A DNA stretch of 64,000 bases from Vicinamibacteria bacterium (GTDB taxonomy: Bacteria > Acidobacteriota > Vicinamibacteria > Marinacidobacterales > Marinacidobacteraceae). Numbering within the stretch: the stretch's first letter is position 1; each line of letters opens with the position of its first letter. Shown here piece after piece: positions 40,810 through 56,900 of the stretch. Both the position numbers and the translations under genes were made by a program. Location: positions 703,887 through 767,886 of the forward strand of contig OZ220713.1 in the NCBI GenBank assembly GCA_965116805.1, written 5' to 3'. The notes beneath the pieces were generated by a model. It was not told the origin of the DNA. It was given only the letters and a program-made list of their open reading frames with translations, and ran no database searches.

Positions 40810-42372
40810 ATGAGTATTCGAGCAGACGAGATCGCCGCCCTGCTGCGGGAACAGATCGCCGGCCACGACACCGGCGTCGATGTCGCGGAGGTCGGAACCG
40901 TCGTCTCTTCGGGAGACGGGATCGCGCGCGTCCATGGCCTCGAAGGGGTCATGTACGGCGAGCTGGTGGAACTGCCGAACGACGTGTTCGGCCTCGCGCT
41001 GAACCTCGAAGAGTCTTCGGTGGGACTCGTTCTCTTCGGCGACGTGACCTCCATCAGGGAGGGAGACACCGCGAAGCGCACCCGGCGGATCCTGCAGGTA
41101 CCCGTGGGCGAGGCGATGAAGGGACGCGTGGTGGACGCGCTGGGCCGGCCGCTGGACGGCAAGGGACCCATCGAGACGACCGAAACGGGCGCCGTGGAAC
41201 GCATCGCTCCGGGCATCGTCGCCCGGCAGCCGGTGAAGGAGCCGCTCCAGACGGGAGTCAAGGCGGTGGACGCCATGATTCCCATCGGCCGCGGCCAGCG
41301 TGAGCTCATCATCGGGGACCGCCAGACCGGAAAGACCGCGATCGCGGTGGACGCGATCATCAACCAGCGGGACACCGGCGTGGTCTGCGTGTATGTCGCG
41401 GTCGGCCAGAAACTGTCGACGGTCGCCCAGGTGGTGCAGACGCTCGAAGACCACGGGGCGCTCGACCACACGGTCATCGTGTCCGCGGCGGCGTCCGAAC
41501 CGGCGCCGCTCCAGTACCTCGCACCCTATTCGGGGTGCGCCATCGGCGAGTACTTCATGGATCACGGCGGCCACGCCCTCTGTATCTACGACGACCTCTC
41601 GAAGCACGCCGCCGCCTACCGCGAGATTTCGCTCCTCCTGCGGCGGCCGCCGGGCCGCGAGGCCTATCCCGGCGACGTCTTCTACCTCCACTCGCGGCTG
41701 CTCGAGCGGGCGGCCAAGCTCTCCGACAAGCGGGGAGGAGGCTCCCTGACGGCCTTCCCCTTCATCGAGACGCAGGCGGGCGACCTGTCGGCCTACGTGC
41801 CCACGAACGTGATCTCGATCACGGACGGGCAGATCTACCTGGAGGGAGACCTCTTCAACGCCGGCATCCGCCCCGCGATCAACGTCGGCAACTCGGTGAG
41901 CCGCGTGGGGGGTTCGGCGCAGATCCGCGCGATGCGGCAGGTCGCCGGCACCATGCGGCTGCAGCTCGCGCAGTATCGGGAGATGGCGGCGTTCGCCCAG
42001 TTCGGCTCGGACCTCGACAAGGCCACCCAGGCCCAGTTGGCCAAGGGAGAGCGCCTGACCGAGGTCCTGAAGCAGGACCAGTACGAGCCGCTGCCGGTGG
42101 AGAAGCAGGTAGCGATCATCTTCGCCGCGAACGAGGGCTTCCTCGATGACCTCGAGCCGGCCGACTGCCGGGATTTCGAGCGGGGGCTCAACGAGTTCCT
42201 CGAGACCCGCCACCCGGACACGCTGGCCCGGGTTCGGGAGGAGCGGAAGCTCGACGACTCACTCACTGCCGCGCTTCGGGACGCGATCGCCGAGTTCAAG
42301 CGCGACGCCTTCCGCGCCGGCGGAGCCGCGGTCGCCCCGGCCGCGGAGGCGCGGGAGCCGGTCACGGCGTAA
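40810..42372 (+). CDS. atpA: ATP synthase F1 subunit alpha
   Basis: [45 protein letters not shown]. Confidence 0.99.
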   Translation: MSIRADEIAALLREQIAGHDTGVDVAEVGTVVSSGDGIARVHGLEGVMYGELVELPNDVFGLALNLEESSVGLVLFGDVTSIREGDTAKRTRRILQVPVGEAMKGRVVDALGRPLDGKGPIETTETGAVERIAPGIVARQPVKEPLQTGVKAVDAMIPIGRGQRELIIGDRQTGKTAIAVDAIINQRDTGVVCVYVAVGQKLSTVAQVVQTLEDHGALDHTVIVSAAASEPAPLQYLAPYSGCAIGEYFMDHGGHALCIYDDLSKHAAAYREISLLLRRPPGREAYPGDVFYLHSRLLERAAKLSDKRGGGSLTAFPFIETQAGDLSAYVPTNVISITDGQIYLEGDLFNAGIRPAINVGNSVSRVGGSAQIRAMRQVAGTMRLQLAQYREMAAFAQFGSDLDKATQAQLAKGERLTEVLKQDQYEPLPVEKQVAIIFAANEGFLDDLEPADCRDFERGLNEFLETRHPDTLARVREERKLDDSLTAALRDAIAEFKRDAFRAGGAAVAPAAEAREPVTA

Positions 42373-42392
42373 GCCCCCGCCGATACCGTCCC

Positions 42393-44721
<2,329 letters not shown>

Positions 44722-44735
44722 CCGGGACGGCGGAC

Positions 44736-45161
44736 ATGAGCACCCCTTCGCGCCTGCGGCTCGAGGTCATCACTCCGGGCGGAGTGGTGTTCCGGGACGA
44801 CGTGGACTACGTGGAGGCTCCGGCGCTCTTCGGCTACATCGGCATCCTGCCCGGTCATGCTCCGCTCCTCTACCAGATCCGCAGCGGCCAGCTTCAGTAC
44901 CGCCAGGGCGAAGAGGACCACTTTCTGGCCGTCCACTGGGGATTCCTCGAGGTGTTGGACGACACCGTGACGGTGCTGGCCGAGACCGCCGAAAGGCCCG
45001 AGGACATCGATCTGGCGCGCGCCGAGAGCGCGCTGAACCGGGCGAAGGCCCGGCTCGAGGAGTTCGGCGCCGCCTACGGCGTCGAACAGGCGCAGCAGGC
45101 AGTGGCCCGTGCCGAGGCCCGTCTCAGGGCCGCGGAGGCAGAAGTCAAGGCGCAGCCTTAG
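44736..45161 (+). CDS. atpC: ATP synthase F1 subunit epsilon
   Basis: LEVITP, GYIGILPGHAP, GFLEV...VTVLAETAE..EDIDLARA. Confidence 0.97.
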   Translation: MSTPSRLRLEVITPGGVVFRDDVDYVEAPALFGYIGILPGHAPLLYQIRSGQLQYRQGEEDHFLAVHWGFLEVLDDTVTVLAETAERPEDIDLARAESALNRAKARLEEFGAAYGVEQAQQAVARAEARLRAAEAEVKAQP

Positions 45162-45162
45162 A

Positions 45163-45684
45163 ATGTGCCGGGTGCGCACCCGGACTTGCGGCGGCTGGCT
45201 CATCCCGCTGGCCGGTTTCGTGATCGCTCTGCTCCTGCCCGTCTCGCTGGCGGGCGGCGTCACCGAACCAGGCGCGCCGGAAGCGCCCGGGACGCTCACC
45301 GTGGCCGTCGCGGAGAAGCCTGCCGCCGCCGAACCGAAGCTGACGCTGCGCGCTCCCCGGCAGCTGTTCCTCCGTCCGCGGATGCCCGGCGAGATGCGCC
45401 GGCCGTCCCTGGATGTCGAAGTCAGCGCCCGTCTTGAAGATTTGGACACGGCCGAGAACCTCGAGGACTACTACTGCCTCGAAGAGGTCTGGGATTGGGA
45501 CGACGACACCGAATCGGTGTACGAACCCGACTGCGATCCCTACGAAGAGGGCTCCGAAGTCGAAACGTTCTTCTTCGGCAGCCACCGCTTTTCGCTGCCG
45601 GGCACCTACCGCGTCTGGTTGCGCCTCCAGCGCAGCGGCGAGACCGTGATCGCGGGCAACGTGATCGTCCGCATCCGGAACTGA
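45163..45684 (+). CDS. Exported hypothetical protein with PKD/Ig-like C-terminus
   Basis: Signal-like hydrophobic segment; W(D)WDDDT..S...C...HRFSLPGTYRVWLRL resembles the PKD WDFGD...HxYxxPGxYxV pattern. Confidence 0.6.
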   Translation: MCRVRTRTCGGWLIPLAGFVIALLLPVSLAGGVTEPGAPEAPGTLTVAVAEKPAAAEPKLTLRAPRQLFLRPRMPGEMRRPSLDVEVSARLEDLDTAENLEDYYCLEEVWDWDDDTESVYEPDCDPYEEGSEVETFFFGSHRFSLPGTYRVWLRLQRSGETVIAGNVIVRIRN

Positions 45685-45723
45685 GCCACTCGATCCCGCC
45701 TACTCCCGCCAAGGACCGTCAGC

Positions 45724-46206
45724 ATGAAGGCATTTGCATCCCTGTTCCTCGCGTTCGGCATTGCCGTGGCCCCGATGCACGCTCACGCGGCGGCGGTTCG
45801 GGCCCCGGCCGCCGCGCGTTCCCTCCTTGAGGCGGCCGAGATCGCCGCAGCGAGCGGCGTCTATCGGGCGCAGAACACCGCCGGAATCGCCAGCGGACGG
45901 ATCCGGGAGGACGACAACAAGCGCAGTGCGATCGCATTCGCCCTGAGCGGCGTGCTGGCCTTCACGGGCGCGGCGCTCTGGCGCAACCTGACTTGCCGAG
46001 ATGGAGGTGACGCACGGCACTTCGGCGAAGGACTCAAGACGCAGACCGAGTGCTACGAAGAGGACGGTTCGCGAAAGGGCTGGAGCACTCCCACCAAGGC
46101 CCTGTTCGGGGCCGGCGTCGGCCTCGAATTGGTTTCGCTCTTCTACCTGGTGCGGCACCTCCGCGAGGATCGTCAGCAGGACGACGCACAGCCTGCGATG
46201 CCGTAG
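45724..46206 (+). CDS. Uncharacterised exported/membrane protein, paralog 1
   Basis: Signal peptide, LEAAE.AAASGVYRAQNT, two hydrophobic helices flanking a Cys-Cys loop; clear paralog of 46215-46685. Confidence 0.75.
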   Translation: MKAFASLFLAFGIAVAPMHAHAAAVRAPAAARSLLEAAEIAAASGVYRAQNTAGIASGRIREDDNKRSAIAFALSGVLAFTGAALWRNLTCRDGGDARHFGEGLKTQTECYEEDGSRKGWSTPTKALFGAGVGLELVSLFYLVRHLREDRQQDDAQPAMP

Positions 46207-46214
46207 TCGCCGCC

Positions 46215-46685
46215 ATGAAGAAGGCCCTCGCCATCGTCGTCTGCTCTGGGCTCGTAACGACACCCCTCCACGCCGGAGCGCTCCCGTTGGCCGGTGCCGG
46301 AACCGGGGGAGCGCCCTCCTTCCTCGAAGCTGCCGAGGTCGCGGCGGCGAGCGGCGTTTATCGCGCCCAGAACACCTCGACGATCAGCACCGGCCGGATT
46401 CAGCCCGGCGACAAGAAGCGGAGCGCGCTGGCGTTTGCGATCAGCGGGGTGGCGGCGTTCGCCGGCGCCGCGCTCTGGCGCTGGCTGCCCTGCCGCAACG
46501 TGAGCACCACCTTCAGCCAAAACGCCACGGAGAACACGAAGTACGTCAAGTGCTACGACGAGGACGGCCAGCGCAAGGGACTCGAAACCCCCACCAAGCT
46601 GCTCCTGGGGGCGGGGTTCGCGCTCGAACTCGTCTCGCTCGGTTACTTCATCGCCCACCTGGCGTCCGACGGGGACGATCCTTAG
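46215..46685 (+). CDS. Uncharacterised exported/membrane protein, paralog 2
   Basis: Same architecture and motifs as 45724-46206; trimmed to ATG 46215. Confidence 0.75.
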   Translation: MKKALAIVVCSGLVTTPLHAGALPLAGAGTGGAPSFLEAAEVAAASGVYRAQNTSTISTGRIQPGDKKRSALAFAISGVAAFAGAALWRWLPCRNVSTTFSQNATENTKYVKCYDEDGQRKGLETPTKLLLGAGFALELVSLGYFIAHLASDGDDP

Positions 46686-46709
46686 CGAACCCCCCGGTGG
46701 TGGCCCGCG

Positions 46710-48256
46710 CTATCGCCGCGCGCCGGCCGCCTTCCGCTCCAGGTAGTCGTCCAGCCCCCGCAGCGGCGGGATGTGGTGGGGCATCAGGGGATAGTCGGTG
46801 TCCACGAAGGGGGCGGGATCGGTCGGGAGCAAAGCGTTCAGCCGGGCCTTGTCCGCGGCGTAGCGGGAATCGCCGGCGAGGTTGTTCCACTCTTCCGGAT
46901 CCGTTTCGAGGTCGTACAGCTCCTCGCTCCCGTCGATGTAGCGGAGGTAGTGGAAGCGCTCGTCCCGGATCGCGTACTCGCCGTACTGGTAGGTGCTGAT
47001 GACGGGGCGATCCCAGGCCGCGTCAGGGTCTCCGAGCAGCGGCACCAGGCTCCGGCCGTCGAGGCCCTCCTTCCCCGGTAGCCCGCCGAGTTCCACCAGC
47101 GTGGGATAGAGGTCGAGGAGCGAGACCGTTCTGCCGGAGCGCACCCCGGCGGGGGTGCCCCCGGGAAGGGCGGCAGTCCCTTTCGGCACCCGGAACATCA
47201 GGACCACGCGGGTGAGGTTGTCCCAGAGCGCGAACTTCCTCCAGTGTTCCTTCTCGCCGAGCTGCCACCCGTGGTCGGACCAGAGGACCACGACGGTGTT
47301 CTCCGCGTGCGGGCTGGCGTCGAGCGCGTCGAGCAGCAGGCCGACCATCGCGTCGGCGTAGGCGATCGAGGCGAGATACCCCTGGACGCCCTCCCGCCAC
47401 TGATCCGCGGCAAGGACGTGTTCGTGGTAGTTGCCGCTGCGGCGCGCGATCTCGACCGCGCGCTCGGGGACGTCCGCGAGATCGTCGTCGCGCAGCAGCG
47501 GGAGCTGGACCTCATCGAGCGGAAACATCTCGAAGTACTTGCGGGGCACGTACCAGGGCAGGTGGGGACGATAGATGCCGACCGCCAGGAAGAACGGTTT
47601 CTCGTGCTCCCGCTCCAGCGCTTCGATGGCCCAGGCCACCGACTGGTGGTCGCCCATCTCCTCGTCCGGGACGTCGAGCGGCGCCCAGTCGAAAGCGCCG
47701 TACATGTCGGGGAAGGCCGGCATGTTCACGGTCCCTTCTCCCTCCGGCCGCGGAGACGCGGGCATGTGCTCCTCGAGCGACGGGAAGTAGTCATCCCAGG
47801 AGCCGGGGTCGGGCTGGTTGTTGTGGAAGATCTTCCCGGCGCCTCCCGCCCAGTACCCGTTGTCGGCGAAGTGGCGGGGAAGCGTCACGGCATTGGGCAT
47901 GACGTCACGCCACCACTGGTAGTTCGAGTACATACCTGACGTATAGGTGTGCTTTCCGGTCAGGAGCGCGGTCCGCGACGGGTTGCAGGACGGCGAGGGC
48001 GTGTAGGCGCGGGTGAAGAGCACGCCCTCGCCGGCCAGGCGCGAGAGGTTGGGCGTCCGGGCCTGGGGATGGCCGCCGAGCGGCTCGATCCAATCGTTCA
48101 GGTCGTCGACGGAGATGAAGAGGATGTTGGGCCGGCGTGCCGGGTCCTCCCCGGCGGCCCGGTCACCCGCGCAGCCCGCGAGGAGCGGCAGGAAGAGCAG
48201 CGCGGCGCCCGACCGCGCGGAACTCGCGGCTGCGACGCCGTCTCGCCGCTGGACGT

Positions 48257-48260
<4 letters not shown>
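46710..48260 (-). CDS. Formylglycine-dependent sulfatase (choline/iduronate-2-sulfatase-like), lipoprotein
   Basis: LLAGC lipobox, [24 protein letters not shown] (CxPxR), [21 protein letters not shown]. Start GTG 48260, approximate. Confidence 0.93.
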
Positions 48261-50370
<2,110 letters not shown>

Positions 50371-50374
<4 letters not shown>

Positions 50375-51441
50375 GGGCCGGTGGAGTTGGTTTCCGCCGA
50401 CGCGGGGGCGGTCCGTTCGCCGCCCCAGCGAATCGCGGCGGTGCCGATGGTCAGCCCGGCGCCCACCGAACTGAACAGCACCAGGTCGCCGGGCGCGAGC
50501 AGCGAGCGGTCGAGCGCGTCGCGGAGCGCGGTGGGGATCGAGGCGGCGGTGGTGTTGCCGTACTTGTGGATCGTCTTCACCACGCGTTCCGGCGGAAGCT
50601 GCAGCCGCCGTGCGACCGCGTCGATGATCCGGGCGTTCGCCTGGTGGCAGACCAGGAAGGAAACCTCGTCGCGAGAAAAGCCGAGCTCGTCCAGCAGCTT
50701 CTCGGCGGCATCGGCCGAGTTGCGCACGGCGAAGCGGAAGACCGCCTTGCCCTGCTGCTGCAGGTAGTGCTCCTTGCGGTCCACGGTTTCGTGGGTGGGC
50801 GGGCGAATGCTGCCCCCGGCCGGCATCTTGAGCAGGTCACAGCCGGAGCCGTCCACCTGGTTGTTGAACCCCAGGATGCCCTCTCCGTCCTGGGCGGCTT
50901 CCAGCAGGACCGCCCCGCCGGCGTCCCCGAACAGGATGCAGGTGGCGCGGTCCTCGTAGTCGGTGATCGAGCTCATCACGTCGGCCCCGATCACCAGCGC
51001 CCGTTCCGCGGCCCCGCTGGCGACGAACTGCGTCCCCGCGGCGAGCGCGAAGTTGAAACCGCTGCACGCCGCCGACAGATCGAATCCCCAGGCGCGGCTG
51101 GCGCCGATCTGGTCCTGGACCAGGCAGGCGGTGGCGGGGAAGCTCATGTCGGGGGTCACGGTGGCGACCACGATGAGGTCGATGTCGTCGGCGGTGATGC
51201 CCCGTCGCCGCAGCGCGTCCTGGGCCGCCCGGGAGGCCAGGAAGGAACAACCGGTGCCCTTGTCCACGATCCGGCGCTCGCTGATGCCGGTGCGCTCCCG
51301 GATCCACTCGTCGGAGGTGTCCACCATCCTCTCCAGGTCGTCGTTCGACAGCACCCGGTCCGGAAGATAGGCCCCGACCGCCGTGATTGCGACGCGGCGG
51401 ACGGCTTGCGAGGGCTCTTTCGGGGTGGGGCGTTGAATCAC
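50371..51441 (-). CDS. fabH: 3-oxoacyl-ACP synthase III
   Basis: [19 protein letters not shown] (Cys), [12 protein letters not shown] (His), YGNT (Asn). Start GTG 51441, approximate. Confidence 0.96.
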
Positions 51442-51573
51442 GAACTTCTCGCCCCCGTGGGGCGAATTGGGGCGTTCCAGGCGAGCGGAGGACCGTGGAT
51501 GGTACGTCAACGCCCGCCTCGGCCGCGCCTCGCGCCACCGTGGCAGCCGGCGCGCGGCGATAATCTGACCTCG

Positions 51574-52290
51574 ATGTCACGCGGCGAACCAGCGAACCGT
51601 CCGGCGAAGGCGGCGGCGTTCTACGATCTGGACGGCACCCTGATCCGCACGAATCTCGTTCATGTCCTCGGGTACTACGCCCGGAACGACCAGGGGCTGC
51701 TGCGGAGCCTCAAGACCACCGCGTCGACGCTTGCCGGGATCCCGCTCTTCCTGGCGACCGACTTCTACAGCCGCAAACTCTTCAACGACCTCTTCTTCAA
51801 GTGGTATCGGGGCCAGTCCTATGACCGGTTGCGCTCGCTCGCCGAGGATCTCTACCGGGACGTGATCCGTCCGGGCATCTTCCCGGGAACGCGGGCGCTC
51901 ATCGAGCAGTCGCGCCGGAGCGGCCTGCGTCAGGTCGTGGTGACAGGCGCGCTCGAGGTGTCCGTCCGGCCCCTCCTCGACGACCTCGGCATCACCGAGT
52001 TCGTCGCGAACCGCCTGGAGTTCGCGGACGGCCGGGCGACCGGCCGACTGGCGCCGCCGGTGATGGCGAGCGCCAGCAAGGCGCTCTGGATCCGGGAATA
52101 CGCGGAACGCGAGGGACTCTCGTTGAACGACAGTTACGCCTACGCCGACAGCATGTCCGACCTCCCGATGCTGAGCGTGGTCGGACATCCCACCGCGGCC
52201 AACCCGGACGTCCGCTTGCGGAGCACGGCCCGGCACCACGACTGGCCGGTGATCGACCTCAGCCAGCCGAATCTCACTCCCGCGCTCTAG
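51574..52290 (+). CDS. HAD subfamily IB phosphatase (SerB/PlsC-associated type); elb-cluster-like
   Basis: [10 protein letters not shown] motif I, VVTGA motif II, K motif [14 protein letters not shown] motif IV. Confidence 0.9.
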   Translation: MSRGEPANRPAKAAAFYDLDGTLIRTNLVHVLGYYARNDQGLLRSLKTTASTLAGIPLFLATDFYSRKLFNDLFFKWYRGQSYDRLRSLAEDLYRDVIRPGIFPGTRALIEQSRRSGLRQVVVTGALEVSVRPLLDDLGITEFVANRLEFADGRATGRLAPPVMASASKALWIREYAEREGLSLNDSYAYADSMSDLPMLSVVGHPTAANPDVRLRSTARHHDWPVIDLSQPNLTPAL

Positions 52291-52316
52291 CAGTTGCCAG
52301 GAAGGACCCCCCCTGC

Positions 52317-53915
52317 ATGACCCCCGCCCTGCGCCACAAGACCGATCCCGGGATCGTGTTCATCGATAACGACTCGGCCGCCCGCGTCCTGCATTACGGC
52401 GAGGACTTTCTGGAGGAACACCTGCCGGTGGGCACCCGGGTGGTCTATCCGCCGCCTCCGATCCGGGGCCTGCCGAACCCGCGCGGCGCCATCCGGCACG
52501 CGCTGAACCACCCCCTGGGCTGCGATCCGCTCTACGCGCAGCTTCGTCCCGGGATGCGGGTCACCATCGCCCTCGACGACATCAGCCTGCCGCTGCCGCC
52601 GATGGCCACCCCCGACGTCCGCCAGACCGCGCTCGAGATCGTGCTGGAAATGCTCGGCGACCACGGCGTGGACGACGTCCACCTGGTCATCGCGAACTCG
52701 CTGCACCGGAAGATGACCGAATCGGAAATGCGCCGGATGGTGGGGCCGGACATCCACAAGGCGTTCTATCCGAACCGCTACTACAACCACGATGCCGAGG
52801 ATCCGAACGGCATGGTCGCGCTCGGAAAGACCCGTCATCACGAGCCGGTCCGGGTGAACCGGCGGGTGACGGAGAGCGACCTCGTCATCTACCTGAACAT
52901 CAACCTGGTTCCCATGGACGGGGGTCACAAGTCGGTGACGGTGGGGCTTTGCGACTACGAGAGCCTGAGGCCCCACCACGAGCCGCAGACGATCCGCGAT
53001 TCCGACGGCTACATGGATCCGGCCAAGTCGGAACTGAGCCGCAAGGTGGACCGGATGGGCAAGATCGTGGACCGGCACCTGAACGTGTTCCACGTGGAGA
53101 CGGTGCTCAATAACCGGATGTACTCCGACGCCCTCTCGTTCCTGGGCAAGGACGAGGACGAGTTCAGCGACCTCGACCGGCTGAAGCTCGCGGGAACGCG
53201 CTGGTCGCTGAGCCGCCTCCCCGCGCCGGCGAAGCGGCAGTTCCTGCACCGCATCCCGGGCGCCTTCGAGCTGATCGGCTGCTACGCGGGGCGCACGGAG
53301 CCCGTTCACGAAAAGACGCTCGAGCGTTCCTTCCAGCAGTACGCGGTCCCCGTGAAGGGACAGTGCGACATCCTGCTGTCGGGGATTCCCTATATCTCGC
53401 CCTACAACGTGAACTCGATCCTGAACCCGCTCCTCGTCCAGGTCATGGGTCCGGGCTACCTGTTCAATCTCTACCGGGGTAAGCCCCTCATCAAGAAGGG
53501 CGGCACCCTGATCCTGGCCCATCCCTGTTACGACGACTTCGATCCCCTGTTTCACCCCAGCTACATCGAGTTCTTCCACCGGCTGCTCCCGGAGACCCGG
53601 GACCCCTTCGTGTTGCGGACCAAGTACGAGGAGGAGTTCGCGCACAACCCCTCCTACGTGCAGATGTACCGGGACGGGAACGCCTACCACGGGGCCCATC
53701 CCTTCTTCATGTGGTACTGGGGCGAGAACGGGCGCCAGCACGTCGGCCGGATCATCGTGGCCGGGGCAAAGAACCAGCACGTCCCCGAGATCCTCGGCTG
53801 GGAATCGGCGGAGACGGTGACCGAGGCTATCGCGATGGCGCGCAGCACGCACGGCCGCTCCGCGGAGATCACCATGCTCCACGTCCCGCCGATCATGATC
53901 CCCGAGGTGTCCTAG
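52317..53915 (+). CDS. LarA (lactate racemase)-superfamily/DUF2088 protein; elb-cluster-like
   Basis: [33 protein letters not shown]....VRVNRRV.ESD, GGHKS; by-eye similarity to the LarA N-terminal domain. Confidence 0.75.
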   Translation: MTPALRHKTDPGIVFIDNDSAARVLHYGEDFLEEHLPVGTRVVYPPPPIRGLPNPRGAIRHALNHPLGCDPLYAQLRPGMRVTIALDDISLPLPPMATPDVRQTALEIVLEMLGDHGVDDVHLVIANSLHRKMTESEMRRMVGPDIHKAFYPNRYYNHDAEDPNGMVALGKTRHHEPVRVNRRVTESDLVIYLNINLVPMDGGHKSVTVGLCDYESLRPHHEPQTIRDSDGYMDPAKSELSRKVDRMGKIVDRHLNVFHVETVLNNRMYSDALSFLGKDEDEFSDLDRLKLAGTRWSLSRLPAPAKRQFLHRIPGAFELIGCYAGRTEPVHEKTLERSFQQYAVPVKGQCDILLSGIPYISPYNVNSILNPLLVQVMGPGYLFNLYRGKPLIKKGGTLILAHPCYDDFDPLFHPSYIEFFHRLLPETRDPFVLRTKYEEEFAHNPSYVQMYRDGNAYHGAHPFFMWYWGENGRQHVGRIIVAGAKNQHVPEILGWESAETVTEAIAMARSTHGRSAEITMLHVPPIMIPEVS

Positions 53916-53922
53916 ACCCGCC

Positions 53923-56900
53923 GTGGCCGACACTGCCCGCCCCCGGATCGACGTGGGCGAAGCCTTCGCCGGGCGGAGCATCCTGCTGCTCGGCGGGACC
54001 GGGTTCCTGGGCAAGGTCTGCCTCGGGATGCTGCTCGAGTTCTTCCCGCAGATCCGGCGCGTTTACCTCATGGTGCGGGCCGCCGGCGAGGCGGAGAGCC
54101 GGGTCCGCTTCACGGACATCGTGGAGAACTCCCCGGCGCTCGCGCCGGTGCGCGAGCGCCACGGGGCCGGGCTCCACGATTTCCTGGACGAGAAGATCGT
54201 CGTCCTCGGCGGGGACATCACGAGCGACAACCTCGGCTATTCGGAAGAGCGCGCCGCCGGGATCGCCGCCGACATCGACCTGGTGCTCAACTGTTCCGGC
54301 CGGGTGACCTTCAACCCGTCGCTGGAGGCGGCGCTCCAGACGAACGTCCACGGAACCCGGAACACCATCGCCTTCGCGCGCCGCATGAAGCGCCCCGCGC
54401 TCGTGCACATCAGCACCTGTTTCGTCGCGGGGATGCGATCGGGCGAGGTGCGCGAGGACGAACCGCTGGTCGGCTACTTCCCGCGCCGCGACCGGGAGGA
54501 CCAGGAGTTCTCGGTCGAGAAGGAGATCGAGGACTGCGAACGCCTCGCCGCCCGGGTGCGCGACGAAGCCGAGGACAAGTCACGCGTCGACGCCTTCCAG
54601 GAAGCGGCCCGCAAGCGGTTCGCCGAGGAAGGCCGCGATCCGGACGATGCGCGTTCGCTGTCGCTCGCCATCGCCCGCGAGCGCAAGGAGTGGATCCGCC
54701 GCCGGCTCCGGGACCTCGGCATCGAAAAGGCGCAGGGCTGGGGCTGGCCGAACATCTACACCTACACGAAGAGCCTCGGGGATCAGCTCGTGGCGGGTGC
54801 CGAGGGCGTCGCCCGCGCCATCGTTCGCCCGGCGGTCGTGGAGAGCGCGCTCTCGTTCCCCCACACCGGCTGGAACGAGGGCTTCACCACCAGCGCCCCG
54901 CTGGTCAGGATGGCGCTCCGCGGCCAGAACCTGTTCCCGGTCGGTCCGGGGGTGGTCCTGGACGTCGTGCCGGTGGACCTGGTCGCCTCGGCGACGCTGG
55001 CGGTCGCCGCCGAGACGATCGTGTCGGAGCCTCACCTCGTCTACCAGGTGTCCAGCGGGGACCGGAATCCGGCCCGGGTGGAGCGGCTCGTGGACATCGT
55101 CGGGATCTACAAGCGCCGGCACTTCCGCGACAAACCGACCGGGGTGAAGCTCTGGAACGAGGCGCTCGCCCGGATGGAGGCGCAGGCGGTCCGCGCCGAC
55201 CGCTTCGAAAAACACACCCTCAAGTGGATGCGGCAGTCCGCCTCCGCGCTGTCCGGCGTGCTCGAGCGGGCCGGTGACGAACCCATCGGTCCCCTGGTCG
55301 GGGTGGTGGAGGCGCTCCAGCGGAACGTGGACTCGTTCGAGGACTTCGTCGTCCAGGGCGAGCGGCAGTACCACACGTTCCGGCCCTTCATCGCCGGCGA
55401 GGAGTTCATCTTCCGCGCCGACAACACCCACGACCTTTTCTCCCGGCTCGACGGCAACGACGGAAAGCTCTTCTTCAATCCCGAGGAGATCGACTGGTAC
55501 GACTACTGGCTCCACGTCCACCTGCCGGGCCTCGAGAAGTGGGTGTTCCCGGCGCTCGAGGACCAGGAGCGCGGCCAGCGCCGCGCGCAGAAACGCGTCT
55601 ACACCTACCGGACGATCAACGAGCTGTTCGAGGCCTGCACGAAGAACCACGCCGGAAGGGTCGCGATGCGGATCACCCGCGGCGGCCGGGAGGAGCGCTA
55701 CACCTACGCCGATCTCCGGGAGTGCGTGCTCCGGGGGGCCGCGTTCCTGGCCGCCCGGGGGCTTGGCGCCGGCGATCACGTCGGGCTGATCGGCGAGAAC
55801 TCCCCCGAGTGGGGCATGGCGTACTTCGCCATCCAGCGGATCGGGGCGACCGCCATCCCGCTCGAACGCGACCTGCGCCGCGAGGAGATCGTCCGGCTGC
55901 TCCGGCTCGGCGACGCCAGGGCGGTCCTGATGAGCGACTCGCTGTTCGAGCGGCACGCCGGGCTCTCCAGCGACAACGGCGCCGCGCCACCCGCCGCCGC
56001 CCATCCGTTCCGGGACGTCTTCGCGATGGGAGAAACGGAGGACGGAGAGGCGGCCCCTCCAAAGGCCGTCCGTACCAGCCCGACGACGCTGGCCTCCATC
56101 CTGTTCACCTCCGGAACGACCGGCACACCCAAGGGCGTGATGCTGACGCACCGGAACTTCACCTCGCTGGTGGCCAAGCTGCTGTCGGTCTACGACATCG
56201 GCGAAAAGGACGGCGCGCTCAGCATCCTGCCGCTCCACCATTCCTTCGAGTTCACCACCGGCTTCCTGCTGCCGCTGTCCCGGGGCGCCCAGATCGCCTA
56301 TCTGGAAGAGATCGGCCCCGAAGCCATCAACGCCGAACTGCAGAAGGGGCACACCACCTGCATCGTGGGAGTGCCGGCGCTGTGGGACCTCCTGCGGCGG
56401 CGCATCCTGGCGCCCTTCGCGGATCGGTCGCAGCGGGCGGAGGACCTCGCCACCGCCCTGATCGACGCGGCGCACCTCCTGCGGGAGGACACCGGAGTCA
56501 ACGTCGGGCCCGCGGTCTTCCTGCCGGTGCACACCGCGCTGGGAGGCAGGATCCGCTATCTGATCAGCGGCGCGTCCGCGCTCTCCGAGGCGACCTGGAA
56601 GGCGTTCCGGGGCCTCGGGTTCCACATCGCCCAGGGCTACGGGCTCACGGAAGCGGCGCCCGTGCTGACGGTGACCTCGCCGGACGGCCCCGTTCCCATC
56701 GGCAGCGTCGGCAAGGCGCTTCCCGGGATCGAGATCCGCATCGTGGATCCCGACGCTTCGGGGGTCGGCGAGGTCGCGGCGAAGGGCCCGAACGTCATGG
56801 CCGGGTACTACGGAAACGAGGAGGCGACGGCGGAAGCGCTGCGCGACGGCTGGCTCTACACGGGCGACCTGGGGCGCCTCGACGAGCAGGGACACCTCTT

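Noticed and set aside
53086-53101. parS-like TGTTCCACGTGGAGAC inside the LarA-like gene
   Set aside because: 13/16 match with a broken right end, explained by codons for VFHVET; cannot be supported without ParB ChIP.
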